A stretch of 64,000 nucleotides of DNA from Collinsella sp. Its GTDB lineage: Bacteria > Actinomycetota > Coriobacteriia > Coriobacteriales > Coriobacteriaceae. A program made the translations under genes and the position numbers. Shown here piece after piece: positions 38,179-46,590 of this stretch (positions are counted from its first letter, which is position 1; each line of letters begins with the position of its first letter). The DNA is taken from the NCBI GenBank assembly GCA_018367075.1, contig JAGZGX010000007.1:39044-103043 (forward strand), read 5' to 3'. Below the pieces are notes generated by a model that was not told where the DNA came from, searched no databases, and was given only the letters and a program-made list of their open reading frames with translations.

Positions 38179-39314
38179 TCTACCTGGATAACGCGGCGAC
38201 GACCATGCACAAGCCGCAGACGGTCATCGATGCCGTGACGCAGGCGATGTGCTCGCTCGGCAATGCTGGGCGCGGTGCCACCTCGGGTGCGCTCGATGCG
38301 GCACGTACCATCCACGGCTGCCGCGCCAAGCTTGCGCGCTTGCTGGGCTGCCCGCGTGCTGACCATGTTTGTTTTACGCCCAACTCCACCGCGGCGCTCA
38401 ACACCGTCATCAATGGCGTGGTGCGCCCCGGCGACCGTGTGGTCACAACGGTGCTCGAGCACAACTCCGTACTGCGTCCGCTCAACCGCCTGGCGGCAGA
38501 GCAGGGTGTGACGGTTGAGCATGCGGGCTGTGATACCAACGGCGTGCTCGACTACGACGAGCTCGAGCGGCTTGTCACGCCCGGTACGCGTGCTGTGGTG
38601 GTGACGCACGCCTCCAATGTGACCGGCAACGCGGTCGACATTGCGCGCGTGGCTGCCATCGCGCATGCGGCCGGCGCGCTGGTGATCGTCGATGCTTCGC
38701 AGTCTGCCGGCACGGCGAAGATTGACATGGATGCCATGGGGCTCGACGTCGTGTGCTTTACCGGTCACAAGGGGCTCATGGGTCCGCAGGGGACCGGCGG
38801 CCTGGCCGTGGCGGAGGGCATTGACGTGGCTCCGTGGGCCATGGGCGGCACGGGCGTGCACAGCTTCGATGCGCTGCAGCCGCTTGGGTGGCCCACGCGC
38901 CTTGAGGCGGGCACGCTCAACGGTCATGGCATCGCGGGACTTTCCGCTGGTCTCGACTTTATCGAGGCCCAGGGTGGGGTCGAGGCGATTGCTGCCCACG
39001 AGCGTGCGCTCGCTGATCGCTTCCTTGCCGGTGTGCGCAAGATTCCGGGGATTAAGCTCTACGGTGCCTTTGACCAGCAGGCGCGCTCTGCGATTGTGTC
39101 GCTCAACGTAGCCGATATCGACTCTGCCGAGATCTCGGATGCGCTCATGCAAGGGTGGGGGATTTCGACGCGCCCCGGCGCCCATTGCGCCCCGCTCATG
39201 CACCGTGCGCTGGGGACCGAGCGCCAGGGCGTCGTCCGCTTCTCGTTTGGGTATTTCAACACTACCGAAGAAGTCGACACGGCTATCGATGCTCTGTGCG
39301 ATTTAGCCTGCTAA
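38175..39314 (+). CDS. Cysteine desulfurase / selenocysteine-lyase-like class V aminotransferase.
   Basis: MIYLDNAATT start, PLP-lysine region FTGHKGLMGPQGTGGL, and HCAP near the C-terminus (active Cys). SD GGGAGG. Confidence 0.75.
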   Translation: MIYLDNAATTMHKPQTVIDAVTQAMCSLGNAGRGATSGALDAARTIHGCRAKLARLLGCPRADHVCFTPNSTAALNTVINGVVRPGDRVVTTVLEHNSVLRPLNRLAAEQGVTVEHAGCDTNGVLDYDELERLVTPGTRAVVVTHASNVTGNAVDIARVAAIAHAAGALVIVDASQSAGTAKIDMDAMGLDVVCFTGHKGLMGPQGTGGLAVAEGIDVAPWAMGGTGVHSFDALQPLGWPTRLEAGTLNGHGIAGLSAGLDFIEAQGGVEAIAAHERALADRFLAGVRKIPGIKLYGAFDQQARSAIVSLNVADIDSAEISDALMQGWGISTRPGAHCAPLMHRALGTERQGVVRFSFGYFNTTEEVDTAIDALCDLAC

Positions 39315-39337
39315 AGCTGCTAGACCGTTTATACTTG

Positions 39338-39370
39338 CGGGACGGGTGTATTTGCCCGTCCCGTTTTTGT
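39338..39370 (+). terminator. Intrinsic terminator ending the selenium operon.
   Basis: CGGGACGGG-TGTATTTG-CCCGTCCCG followed by TTTTTGTTT. Confidence 0.75.
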
Positions 39371-39391
39371 TTCGACCCGAAAGGTGTGCCT

Positions 39392-40750
39392 ATGGCCTCA
39401 TCCGCTCCGCGCGGCCTGCGCTCCGACCATGTCGTTACCGTCGGCATTGCGCTGTTCTCGATGCTCTTTGGCGCCGGTAACCTCATCATTCCGCCGTTGC
39501 TGGCGCTCCAGGCCGGCACGGCCACACCGCTTGCCATGGTTGGCTTTTTGATTGCCGCCATCGGCCTGCCCGTCATGGGCTTTATCGCCGTGGCGCTTGC
39601 CGGAACGGCGCGCGAGCTTGCCGGCCGCGTGCACCCCAAGTTCGGTGAGTTCTTTGTCGCGGCGGTGTATCTGGCCATCGGCCCGTGCCTGGCCATTCCG
39701 CGTACGAGCTCCACGGCCTTCGAGATGCTGGTGCCGCTGCTGCCCGAGGGCGTTTCGCTTGGCACGGCTCGTCTGGTGTTTGCCGTTGGCTTCTTTGTCG
39801 TCGCGTTTGTGCTCACGCTGCGTCCGGGTGTCATAACACGCGTGCTCGGCCGCATTACGGGCCCTGCGCTCATTGCGCTCATCGTGCTGGTTGTGGGTGC
39901 TGCCGTGATCTCGCCGCTGGGACCCGCTGCCGTGCCTCAGGCTCCCTACGATGCAGGCGCTGCCGTGCAGGGCTTTTTGACCGGCTATCAGACCATGGAC
40001 CTGCTCGCGTCGCTCGCCTTCGGCATCATCATCGCCGAGACCATCCACGAGCTGGGTGTTACCGATGACAAGCGCGTGGCCTTTGAGATTTCGCGTTCCG
40101 GCGTTATCGCCGGCGTGCTCATGGCCATCATCTACTGTGGCTTGGGCCTTGCCGGAATGCAGCTCGGCACCGTGATGCCCGACGCCACCAACGGCGCCGC
40201 CATCCTTGCCCGCTCTGCCTCCATGCACTTTGGCCTTGCCGGCACGGTCGTGGTCTTCGCCATCTTCTTCCTCGCCTGCATGAACGTGTGCATCGGCCTC
40301 ATCAGCTGCTGCTCGCGCTACTTCTGCGAGACGTATGTGGTTAAAGGGGGAGCGGAGGCTTCCGAGGAGGCCATGCGCCGTCCCTTTGCGGTTCTCGCCT
40401 TTGTGTTCGCAGCGTTTTCGTGCGTGCTCTCCAACGTGGGCCTCGACGTGATCCTTATGTTCTCGGTGCCCATGCTTAACGCCTTGTATCCCGTCGCCAT
40501 CGTGCTGGTTCTCATGGGTTTGGTACACGGCTTTTGCGACGCTCATCCGCAGGTGTGGGTCTGGGTCGGCGGTGTGGTTGCCGTGCAGAGCGTGATCACC
40601 TCGGTCCGCGATGCGTTCTTTGGGGGCACGTGGCTGCCCTTTGATGCGCTTCCCCTGGCAGATATCGGCGCCGCGTGGGCGCCGGTCGCCGTGGTGGCGT
40701 TTGCGATCGGTCTGCTCCACAGCCGGTTTGTCGCACATTCGAGGAGCTAG
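39392..40750 (+). CDS. brnQ: Branched-chain amino acid transport system II carrier (LIVCS family) BrnQ.
   Basis: MLFGAGNLIIPP hallmark and 12 TMS. 452 aa. Confidence 0.78.
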   Translation: MASSAPRGLRSDHVVTVGIALFSMLFGAGNLIIPPLLALQAGTATPLAMVGFLIAAIGLPVMGFIAVALAGTARELAGRVHPKFGEFFVAAVYLAIGPCLAIPRTSSTAFEMLVPLLPEGVSLGTARLVFAVGFFVVAFVLTLRPGVITRVLGRITGPALIALIVLVVGAAVISPLGPAAVPQAPYDAGAAVQGFLTGYQTMDLLASLAFGIIIAETIHELGVTDDKRVAFEISRSGVIAGVLMAIIYCGLGLAGMQLGTVMPDATNGAAILARSASMHFGLAGTVVVFAIFFLACMNVCIGLISCCSRYFCETYVVKGGAEASEEAMRRPFAVLAFVFAAFSCVLSNVGLDVILMFSVPMLNALYPVAIVLVLMGLVHGFCDAHPQVWVWVGGVVAVQSVITSVRDAFFGGTWLPFDALPLADIGAAWAPVAVVAFAIGLLHSRFVAHSRS

Positions 40751-40761
40751 GGTTTCTGCGC

Positions 40762-40790
40762 TTGCACAGGCGGGGAGTCTCCCCTATAAT
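40762..40790 (+). promoter_or_regulatory. Sigma70-like promoter for the tRNA-Pro/tRNA-Gly pair.
   Basis: TTGCAC (-35) - 17 nt - TATAAT (-10), 50 nt upstream of tRNA-Pro. The spacer contains the palindrome GGGGAG-T-CTCCCC. Confidence 0.55.
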
Positions 40791-40841
40791 TTCCTTCGCT
40801 TTGGGACACGCAAGGTTTAGACCTTAGCTGCTCAACACCTT

Positions 40842-40918
40842 CGGGACGTGGCGCAGTTTGGTAGCGCGCCTGCTTTGGGAGCAGGATGTCGCAGGTTCAA
40901 ATCCTGTCGTCCCGACCA
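40842..40918 (+). tRNA. tRNA-Pro (anticodon UGG) with encoded CCA.
   Basis: Acceptor CGGGACG/CGTCCCG, anticodon loop TTTGGGA, T-loop GGTTCAAAT, discriminator A plus CCA. Confidence 0.92.
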
Positions 40919-40924
40919 TATCTT

Positions 40925-40998
40925 GCGGGCGTAGTTCAATGGTAGAACCCCAGCCTTCCAAGCTGATGACGCGGGTTCGATTCCCGTCGCCCGCTCCA
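40925..40998 (+). tRNA. tRNA-Gly (anticodon UCC) with encoded CCA.
   Basis: Acceptor GCGGGCG/CGCCCGC, anticodon loop CTTCCAA, T-loop GGTTCGATTCC, discriminator U plus CCA. Confidence 0.9.
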
Positions 40999-41079
40999 TA
41001 GGATAGTTTTAACGGCTTTGGCTCTATTTGGTGCCAGAGCCGTTTTCATATACATACCGGGGACCCCACATCCCCTCCT

Positions 41080-41147
41080 AAGTTGCGGTGAAATACGGAC
41101 TGTTTTCCGGCTTTTATGGCCCATGTAGTCCGTATTTCACCGCAACT
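41080..41147. repeat. Copy C of the 68-nt palindromic repeat, immediately downstream of tRNA-Gly.
   Basis: CCTCCTAAGTTGCGGTGAAATACGGACTG ... TAGTCCGTATTTCACCGCAACT. Confidence 0.8.
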
Positions 41148-41311
41148 ATTTGTAAGGTTGGATTTTGATGCCGTTGGGAGGGTCGTAGCGACCGTCTACC
41201 GAGAGTGGAAATATTTTTTGAAGCTCTGACCTGCGACGTCAAGCTTTTGGTCAGCTTTTGGCAAGGCCTGCGGACGGAAGCATGCGATAGCGTAATGGTA
41301 TTCTCTCCGCC

Positions 41312-42334
41312 GTGATGGTTATGGGGTTGGCCATGCTCGATAAAGGCAAACATTTTCCGCAGTCATATGCAAGAATGCTATTCTCGGCCGTTGGAATTCA
41401 TCAAGATGGACAGCTGCTTATAACAATTGATCCTTGGGATGAACGCCGTGCGCGTGAGCTTATGCAGGAAGAGCTCATGCTTCGTCTTTACAACCACGTG
41501 TATGCGGATCCGGTCTATTGGAATAATCTTGGGGTTGAAGATCGCATCTTTCAGCTGGCATCCGCTATTGCGGTCGTTGAACCGGATGCTGTGTTTTGCG
41601 GATCGACAGCAGCGCTGCTCTACGGCATCGGCTCGGCGTATACGCTTCTGGATAAAGTGCAAGTACTGCTGCCACGGTCTACAAGGCGTGATACGTATGA
41701 GTTCGTTGAATACAAGCGCTGGCGGGTGGGCGAAGTGTGGCGTCTCGGTCTGTTTACGCTGACGGATCCGTATCGAACGGTTGTTGATATCGCTCGAACG
41801 AGCGCCTTTCGTTATGCGCTGGGCTATGTCGATGGCTTGGCCCGTGAGTACGATGTCGAACGCGAAGAGCTGCGGGCATATGCGCAGGCAAATTGCCGAG
41901 GGTTGCATGGCATCGCGCGTGCTTTTGACGTTTTTGAGCATATGGATGGCAGGTCAGACAATGGCGGCGAGTCCGAGGCGAGAGCAGCGATGATTCTCGC
42001 TGGGGTTGCCGCGCTTGAGCTTCAAGTTGAGATACCGCGACCAGGAAACGCTGGCTATTATCTAGCAGATTATGGCTGGCAGATGCCAGACGGCTCATGG
42101 ACGCTGGCAGAGCTGCATGGGCTGGGTAAGTTTGAAGACGAAGCTCAAAATGATCCGGAGCAAGCGGCGGCAAAAACCTATCGAGCGGCCCTCATGCGCG
42201 ATGCGAACCTTCGCGCCATGGGCCACAACGTCATTCATTTCAAACTCTCGGACACCTACGAAGTAGAATCGTTCGGTGCCATGATGCGCGGTTACGGTAT
42301 TCCGACAACAAAACCCTACGCCGACTCCCGATAG
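41312..42334 (+). CDS. Hypothetical protein, 340 aa. Tentatively an AbiEi-like N-terminal region plus a DUF559/Vsr-like endonuclease-fold C-terminus. Lower GC than its surroundings.
   Basis: The C-terminal block VEIPRPGNAGYYLADYGWQMPDGSWTLAELHGLGKFED...RDANLRAMGHNVIHFKLSD resembles the DUF559 pattern (yyLDfaW...aEyDG...R...L...Gw.VlRft). Bracketed by repeat copies C and D. A/T-rich codon usage unlike the flanks. Confidence 0.35.
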   Translation: MMVMGLAMLDKGKHFPQSYARMLFSAVGIHQDGQLLITIDPWDERRARELMQEELMLRLYNHVYADPVYWNNLGVEDRIFQLASAIAVVEPDAVFCGSTAALLYGIGSAYTLLDKVQVLLPRSTRRDTYEFVEYKRWRVGEVWRLGLFTLTDPYRTVVDIARTSAFRYALGYVDGLAREYDVEREELRAYAQANCRGLHGIARAFDVFEHMDGRSDNGGESEARAAMILAGVAALELQVEIPRPGNAGYYLADYGWQMPDGSWTLAELHGLGKFEDEAQNDPEQAAAKTYRAALMRDANLRAMGHNVIHFKLSDTYEVESFGAMMRGYGIPTTKPYADSR

Positions 42335-42361
42335 AGAAATCGTTCGCAGCCAACCTTCAAT

Positions 42362-42430
42362 AAGTTGCGGTGAAATACGGACTATCGAGGCCTTTAAAGG
42401 CATGAAACAGTCCGTATTTCACCGCAACTT
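42362..42430. repeat. Copy D of the 68-nt palindromic repeat, between the islet ORF and the convergent PIN toxin gene.
   Basis: AAGTTGCGGTGAAATACGGACT ... CAGTCCGTATTTCACCGCAACTTAGGAGG. Confidence 0.8.
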
Positions 42431-42475
42431 AGGAGGGGATGGGGCTGAGGGGCGGGCGATGCCGTTGCCTGCCGG

Positions 42476-42952
42476 TTAGTGGCGACCGTGGTGGCGGAGC
42501 TTGTCGATGGTGGAGTCGGTGCCGTGTCCGCGGGCGTCGGTGCTTCGGCTGCGGGCGTCGGCGGCGGTTTGGCGCTGGCGGCGGTAGTCGATCATGCCTT
42601 GGATGATGGGCTTGCCAAAGCTCACGACATCATCGTTGTAGATGGCGGTTCGGGCTGCGAGGAGGCAGTCGGTAAAGTCCATATGGGTCTTGCCGAAGAG
42701 TTTGACGGCAAGGGCGACAACGGTGGGCTCGTCGACCATGACGTCATCGAGCAGCCTTTTCATGGCCGCAGCAATTTCAACGCGGGGAACCTTATAGACG
42801 TCGCGCAGCGTGACCACGACGCGCGTGATGATTTCGGGGTAGACACGTGCGGTGCGCGTGGCGATGACCTTGGCAGCGCGCGGTGACAGGACCTCGTCGT
42901 CGTCAAGCAGGTAGCGAAGGATGACGGTCTCGTCGATGATGGTGCTACTCAT
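42476..42952 (-). CDS. PIN-domain (VapC-like) toxin candidate, 158 aa.
   Basis: N-terminal IIDETVILRYLLDD (first acidic motif) and DFTDCLLAARTAIYNDDVVSFGK (the PIN DxxDaliaAxA...T.D.dF block). 8-nt overlap with the upstream antitoxin gene. Confidence 0.5.
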   Translation of the reverse strand: MSSTIIDETVILRYLLDDDEVLSPRAAKVIATRTARVYPEIITRVVVTLRDVYKVPRVEIAAAMKRLLDDVMVDEPTVVALAVKLFGKTHMDFTDCLLAARTAIYNDDVVSFGKPIIQGMIDYRRQRQTAADARSRSTDARGHGTDSTIDKLRHHGRH

Positions 42953-43268
42953 GGATATCTACTTCCTCGGGACCCAAAACCGACTCGTCGCTTTCTGTGG
43001 CTAGGTATTCAATCCAGGCATTGCGCTCCTCGGAGCGGCGATTGGGGTCCCCATATGCTTTGAGCAGTCCATAGGCGGACGTGCCGTCCTTGGAGCGCAC
43101 GGCGACCGGCTGAAAGGGGAGCTTGCGCATCAAAATACTCTGCGCGACAAATAGACGGACAGCCTCGGCGAGCGATGTGCCCATGGCGTCGTAGAGACGC
43201 TCGGCATGCTGCTTGTCTTCCTCGCGAATGCGCACCTGCAGGATGGCTCGTTTTTGAGTCGATGACAT
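42945..43268 (-). CDS. RelB/DinJ-family type II antitoxin, 107 aa.
   Basis: RIREEDKQHAERLYDAMGTSLAEAVRLFVAQSI is the RHH RelB/DinJ N-domain signature. SD AAGGGAGG. Its stop overlaps the PIN gene start. Confidence 0.65.
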   Translation of the reverse strand: MSSTQKRAILQVRIREEDKQHAERLYDAMGTSLAEAVRLFVAQSILMRKLPFQPVAVRSKDGTSAYGLLKAYGDPNRRSEERNAWIEYLATESDESVLGPEEVDIHE

Positions 43269-43696
43269 CACTGGCCTCCCTTAATGAGCGTGCAATTTGA
43301 ATAGTCAAATACAACATCGGCTAATAATAGCCAATCTTACAACCACTACTTTATTGCACTAGAGTAATTGAGTGTAAACGATATTACAAACGTACTACAT
43401 CTTTCAGAAACGAGCGTGAAATCTCCCTTGGATGTACGCATGTAATACACTCACCTTTATAGCTTCTAGAGAATAATTCCAACCTGCCAAAACCCCTGCA
43501 ATACACCCGTATTGCAGGGCCTATGCTCAAGTTTGCCCCCTGCAACTGCGTATATTTAACCTGTATATCGTTGGAGAAACTCTACCGAGTGCATGTTTCG
43601 CCGCATGCATTCGATTCGTCGATGCCGGACCACGGGCGGTCCGGGGCAACGTCGACAGGGTCTCTCCGGCATGGGATTCAGGAGGGAGTGAACAAC

Positions 43697-44215
43697 ATGG
43701 GCAATAAACGAGTCGTGGCTGATTCTTCACGCTGCATTGGGTGCCAAACCTGTATGGCGGCGTGCATCGAGGCGCACGATATTCCCGGCAACATCGCCGC
43801 ACCTCGCTTGCGCGTAACGCGCACCTACGAGATTTCCGCGCCGGTGGCATGTCACCACTGCGAGGACGCTCCGTGCGCCAAGGCCTGCCCCACGGGCGCC
43901 TTGTTCTTTGATCCAAAGAACCATCGCATCGGCGTCAACGAGGACAACTGCATCGGCTGCAAGAGCTGCGTCATGGCATGCCCCTTTGGCGCCGTGAGCG
44001 TGGCGACCACGCAGGTCCCCGTCTTGATGGGTGACGTTCGCGTGGGTTCGCAGACTAAGAGCTTCGTGCTCAAGTGCGACCTGTGCGTGGACCGTCCCGG
44101 CGGTCCGGCGTGTGCCGAGGCGTGTCCGACCAAGGGCCTCACCCTGGTAGACGAGGAGCGTCTGGCAGAACTGACTGCCGAGCGTGCCCGCGCCACCATC
44201 GAAAACGAGGCGTAA
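43697..44215 (+). CDS. HycB/FdhF-associated 4Fe-4S dicluster ferredoxin-type electron-transfer subunit (HycB-like).
   Basis: Four CxxCxxCxxxCP-type cluster motifs (CIGCQTCMAACIE, CHHCEDAPCAKACP, CIGCKSCVMACP, CDLC...CAEACP). SD GGAGGGAG. Confidence 0.82.
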   Translation: MGNKRVVADSSRCIGCQTCMAACIEAHDIPGNIAAPRLRVTRTYEISAPVACHHCEDAPCAKACPTGALFFDPKNHRIGVNEDNCIGCKSCVMACPFGAVSVATTQVPVLMGDVRVGSQTKSFVLKCDLCVDRPGGPACAEACPTKGLTLVDEERLAELTAERARATIENEA

Positions 44216-44289
44216 GCGTCGGGCGACAGGCCCAATGATTGTCAAATAAGTACCGAGCATTCGGTAGCAGAGAAAGGAAGGAGGGTGTC

Positions 44290-46512
44290 ATGGAGAAGCA
44301 TAAAGTGATCTGCCCGTACTGCGGCGCCGGTTGCCAGTTTAACCTCCTGGTCCAAAACGGCCAGGTCGTGGGCACCGAACCGCTCAACGGCATCACCAAC
44401 CAGAGCGAGCTGTGCCTTAAGGGCATGAGCGGCTACGACTTCATCAACGACACCAAGATCTTGACTCCTCGCGTACTGCACCCGATGATCCGCCGCACTA
44501 AGGGCGCGGATCTTGAGCGCGTAAGCTGGGACGAGGCACTGGATTTCACCGCATCTAAGATGCAGGCCATAATTGACGAATATGGTCCTAACGCTGTCAT
44601 GACCACCGGCTCTTCGCGAGGCGGCGGCAATGAGGCGAACTACGTCATGCAGAAGTTTACGCGTGCGTGCATCGGCACCCACAGCGTGGACAACTGCGCC
44701 CGTACTTGACACGGCCCTACTGTCCTCGGTCTGATGGACACGGTTGGTTCAGGTTGCATGTCATGCTCCATCCCCGGTATGGAGGATGCGGGCTGCATTT
44801 TCCTCTTCGGCTATAACCCTGCCGATTCGCACCCCATCGTCGCAAGGCGTATCGTGCGAGCCAAAGAAAAGGGTTGCAAGATCATCGTCGCCGATCCGCG
44901 CCATATCGAAACTGCGCGTATCGCCGATCTCTACCTTCCGATCAAGAACGGTTGCAACGTTGCGTTCCTCAACGCCTTTGCCAACTGCTTGGTCAACGAT
45001 GGCCTCTACGACAAGGAATTCGTCGCCGAGCACACGAACGGCTTTGACGAGTGGTGGGAGACCATCAAGAACTACACTCCCGAATCCGTACAGGACATCA
45101 CGGGCGTCGAGCCTGCGTTGATCCACCAAGCTGCCGAGATGTACGCCACGGCGAAGCCCTCTGCCATCATTGGCTGGGGCATGGGCGTATGCCAGCAGAA
45201 GCAGAACCTGAAGACGGTGCACACCATCGCCTCCATCGCCTGCGTTGCCGGCCAGATCGGCAAACCCAACTCCGGCCTCGCGCCCGTGCGTGGCCAGAAC
45301 AACGTCCAGGGCTCCTGCGATATGGGCATGCTGCCCAACCTGTATCCTGGCTACCAGAAAGTCACCGACCCGGCTGTGCGTGCCAAGTTTGCCAAGGCTT
45401 GGGGCGTGCCCGAGGAAAAGCTCCCGCTCGAGGAGGGCTACAAGCTCACCGACCTGGGCCACCTGGTCGACGAGGGCAAGGTGCACTGCTTCTACAACTA
45501 CGGCGAGGACCCGGTGCAGACCGAGCCCGATTCGGCCGGCATGCGCAAGACGCTCTCCGAGCTGGATCTGTTCATTTGCCAGGACATCTTTATGACGCAG
45601 ACGACCATGCTCGCCGACGTCATCCTGCCCGCTACCTCTTGGGGCGAGCACGAGGGTGTCTTTACCGCATCCGACCGTAGCTTCCAGCACTTTGACGCGG
45701 CTGTTCCGCCCAAGGGCGAGTGCCGTCACGACTGGGAGATCTTCGCGGACCTGTCTACGCGCATGGGCTATCCCATGCACTACGACAACACCGAGCAGAT
45801 CTGGAACGAGTGCATTAGCCTGTGCCCCAACTTTGTGGGCGCGACCTACGAGAAGATGGCTCCCGAGGGCGGTTACGCCCAGTGGCCCGTCAAGAGCACC
45901 GATGTGAACGACCACGGTACGCCTGACATGTTCGCTGGTGGCAAGTTCACCACCAAGGATGGCCGTGCCAACCTGATGGCGCACGACTGGGAGGCGCCCT
46001 CCGAGCTTCCCGACGATGAGTACCCGCTCATCCTGTGCACCGTCCGCGAGGTCGGCCACTACAGCTGCCGCTCGATGACCGGCAACTGCAAGACGCTGGC
46101 GCTGCTTGCCGACGAGCCCGGTTTTGTCCGCATGAATCCCGCGGACGCCCAGGCGCGCGGCATCAAGAATGGCGACATCGTCTCGATTCACAGCCGCCGC
46201 GGCCAGGTATACAGCCGTGCCGACGTGAGCGATCGCATCAACAAGGGCACGGTCTACATGACCTACCAGTGGTGGATCGGCAAGTGCAACGAGCTGACCA
46301 TTCACAAGGTCGACCCGGTCTCGCATACGCCCGAGGACAAGTTCTCCGCCTGCCAGGTCGACGCTATCGCCGACCAGGTCTGGGCTGAGGGCGAGGTGGA
46401 GCGTCAGTACACCGAGCTCAAGCAGGCTCTGGTGGACGCCGCCGCTCCCCAGGACGTTGAGCCCGGTGCCGCCAAGTTCGACGACGAGACGCACGTGAAC
46501 CAAATCGTGTAG
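44290..46512 (+). CDS. fdhF: Formate dehydrogenase H (FdhF, Mo-bisPGD). It is a selenoprotein with an in-frame UGA at 44707..44709, which is codon 140 (Sec).
   Basis: N-terminus KVICPYCGAGCQF ([4Fe-4S]). ...HSVDNCART-U-HGPTVLGL aligns with E. coli CARV-U-HGPSVAGL (Sec140). The track splits the gene into 44239..44709 and 44734..46512, which are in the same frame. A hairpin GUCC-UCGGUCUGAU-GGAC with a GGUC loop motif begins ~12 nt after the UGA and is SECIS-like. Confidence 0.9.
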
Positions 46513-46590
46513 TCCCGTTCTCGTTGGCTTTTTGGGCCGGGCGTCCCGTACGTTCGGGAGCCCGGCCCGTTATTTTGAAAGGAAGTGGGG

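Noticed and set aside
3387-42430. The repeated TTTCACCGCAAC-containing element as a CRISPR array.
   Set aside because: The copies are single, tens of kb apart, and internally palindromic with variable loops. They are not tandem direct repeats separated by unique spacers, and no cas genes are nearby.
44239-46512. Treating 44239..44709 and 44734..46512 as two separate genes (a small N-terminal [4Fe-4S] protein plus a separate Mo subunit).
   Set aside because: Both are in the same frame, separated only by TGA 44707-44709 within the conserved CAR-U-HGP selenocysteine context of FdhF. A SECIS-like hairpin follows. The same logic applies to selD (36170..36220 plus 36230..37219).
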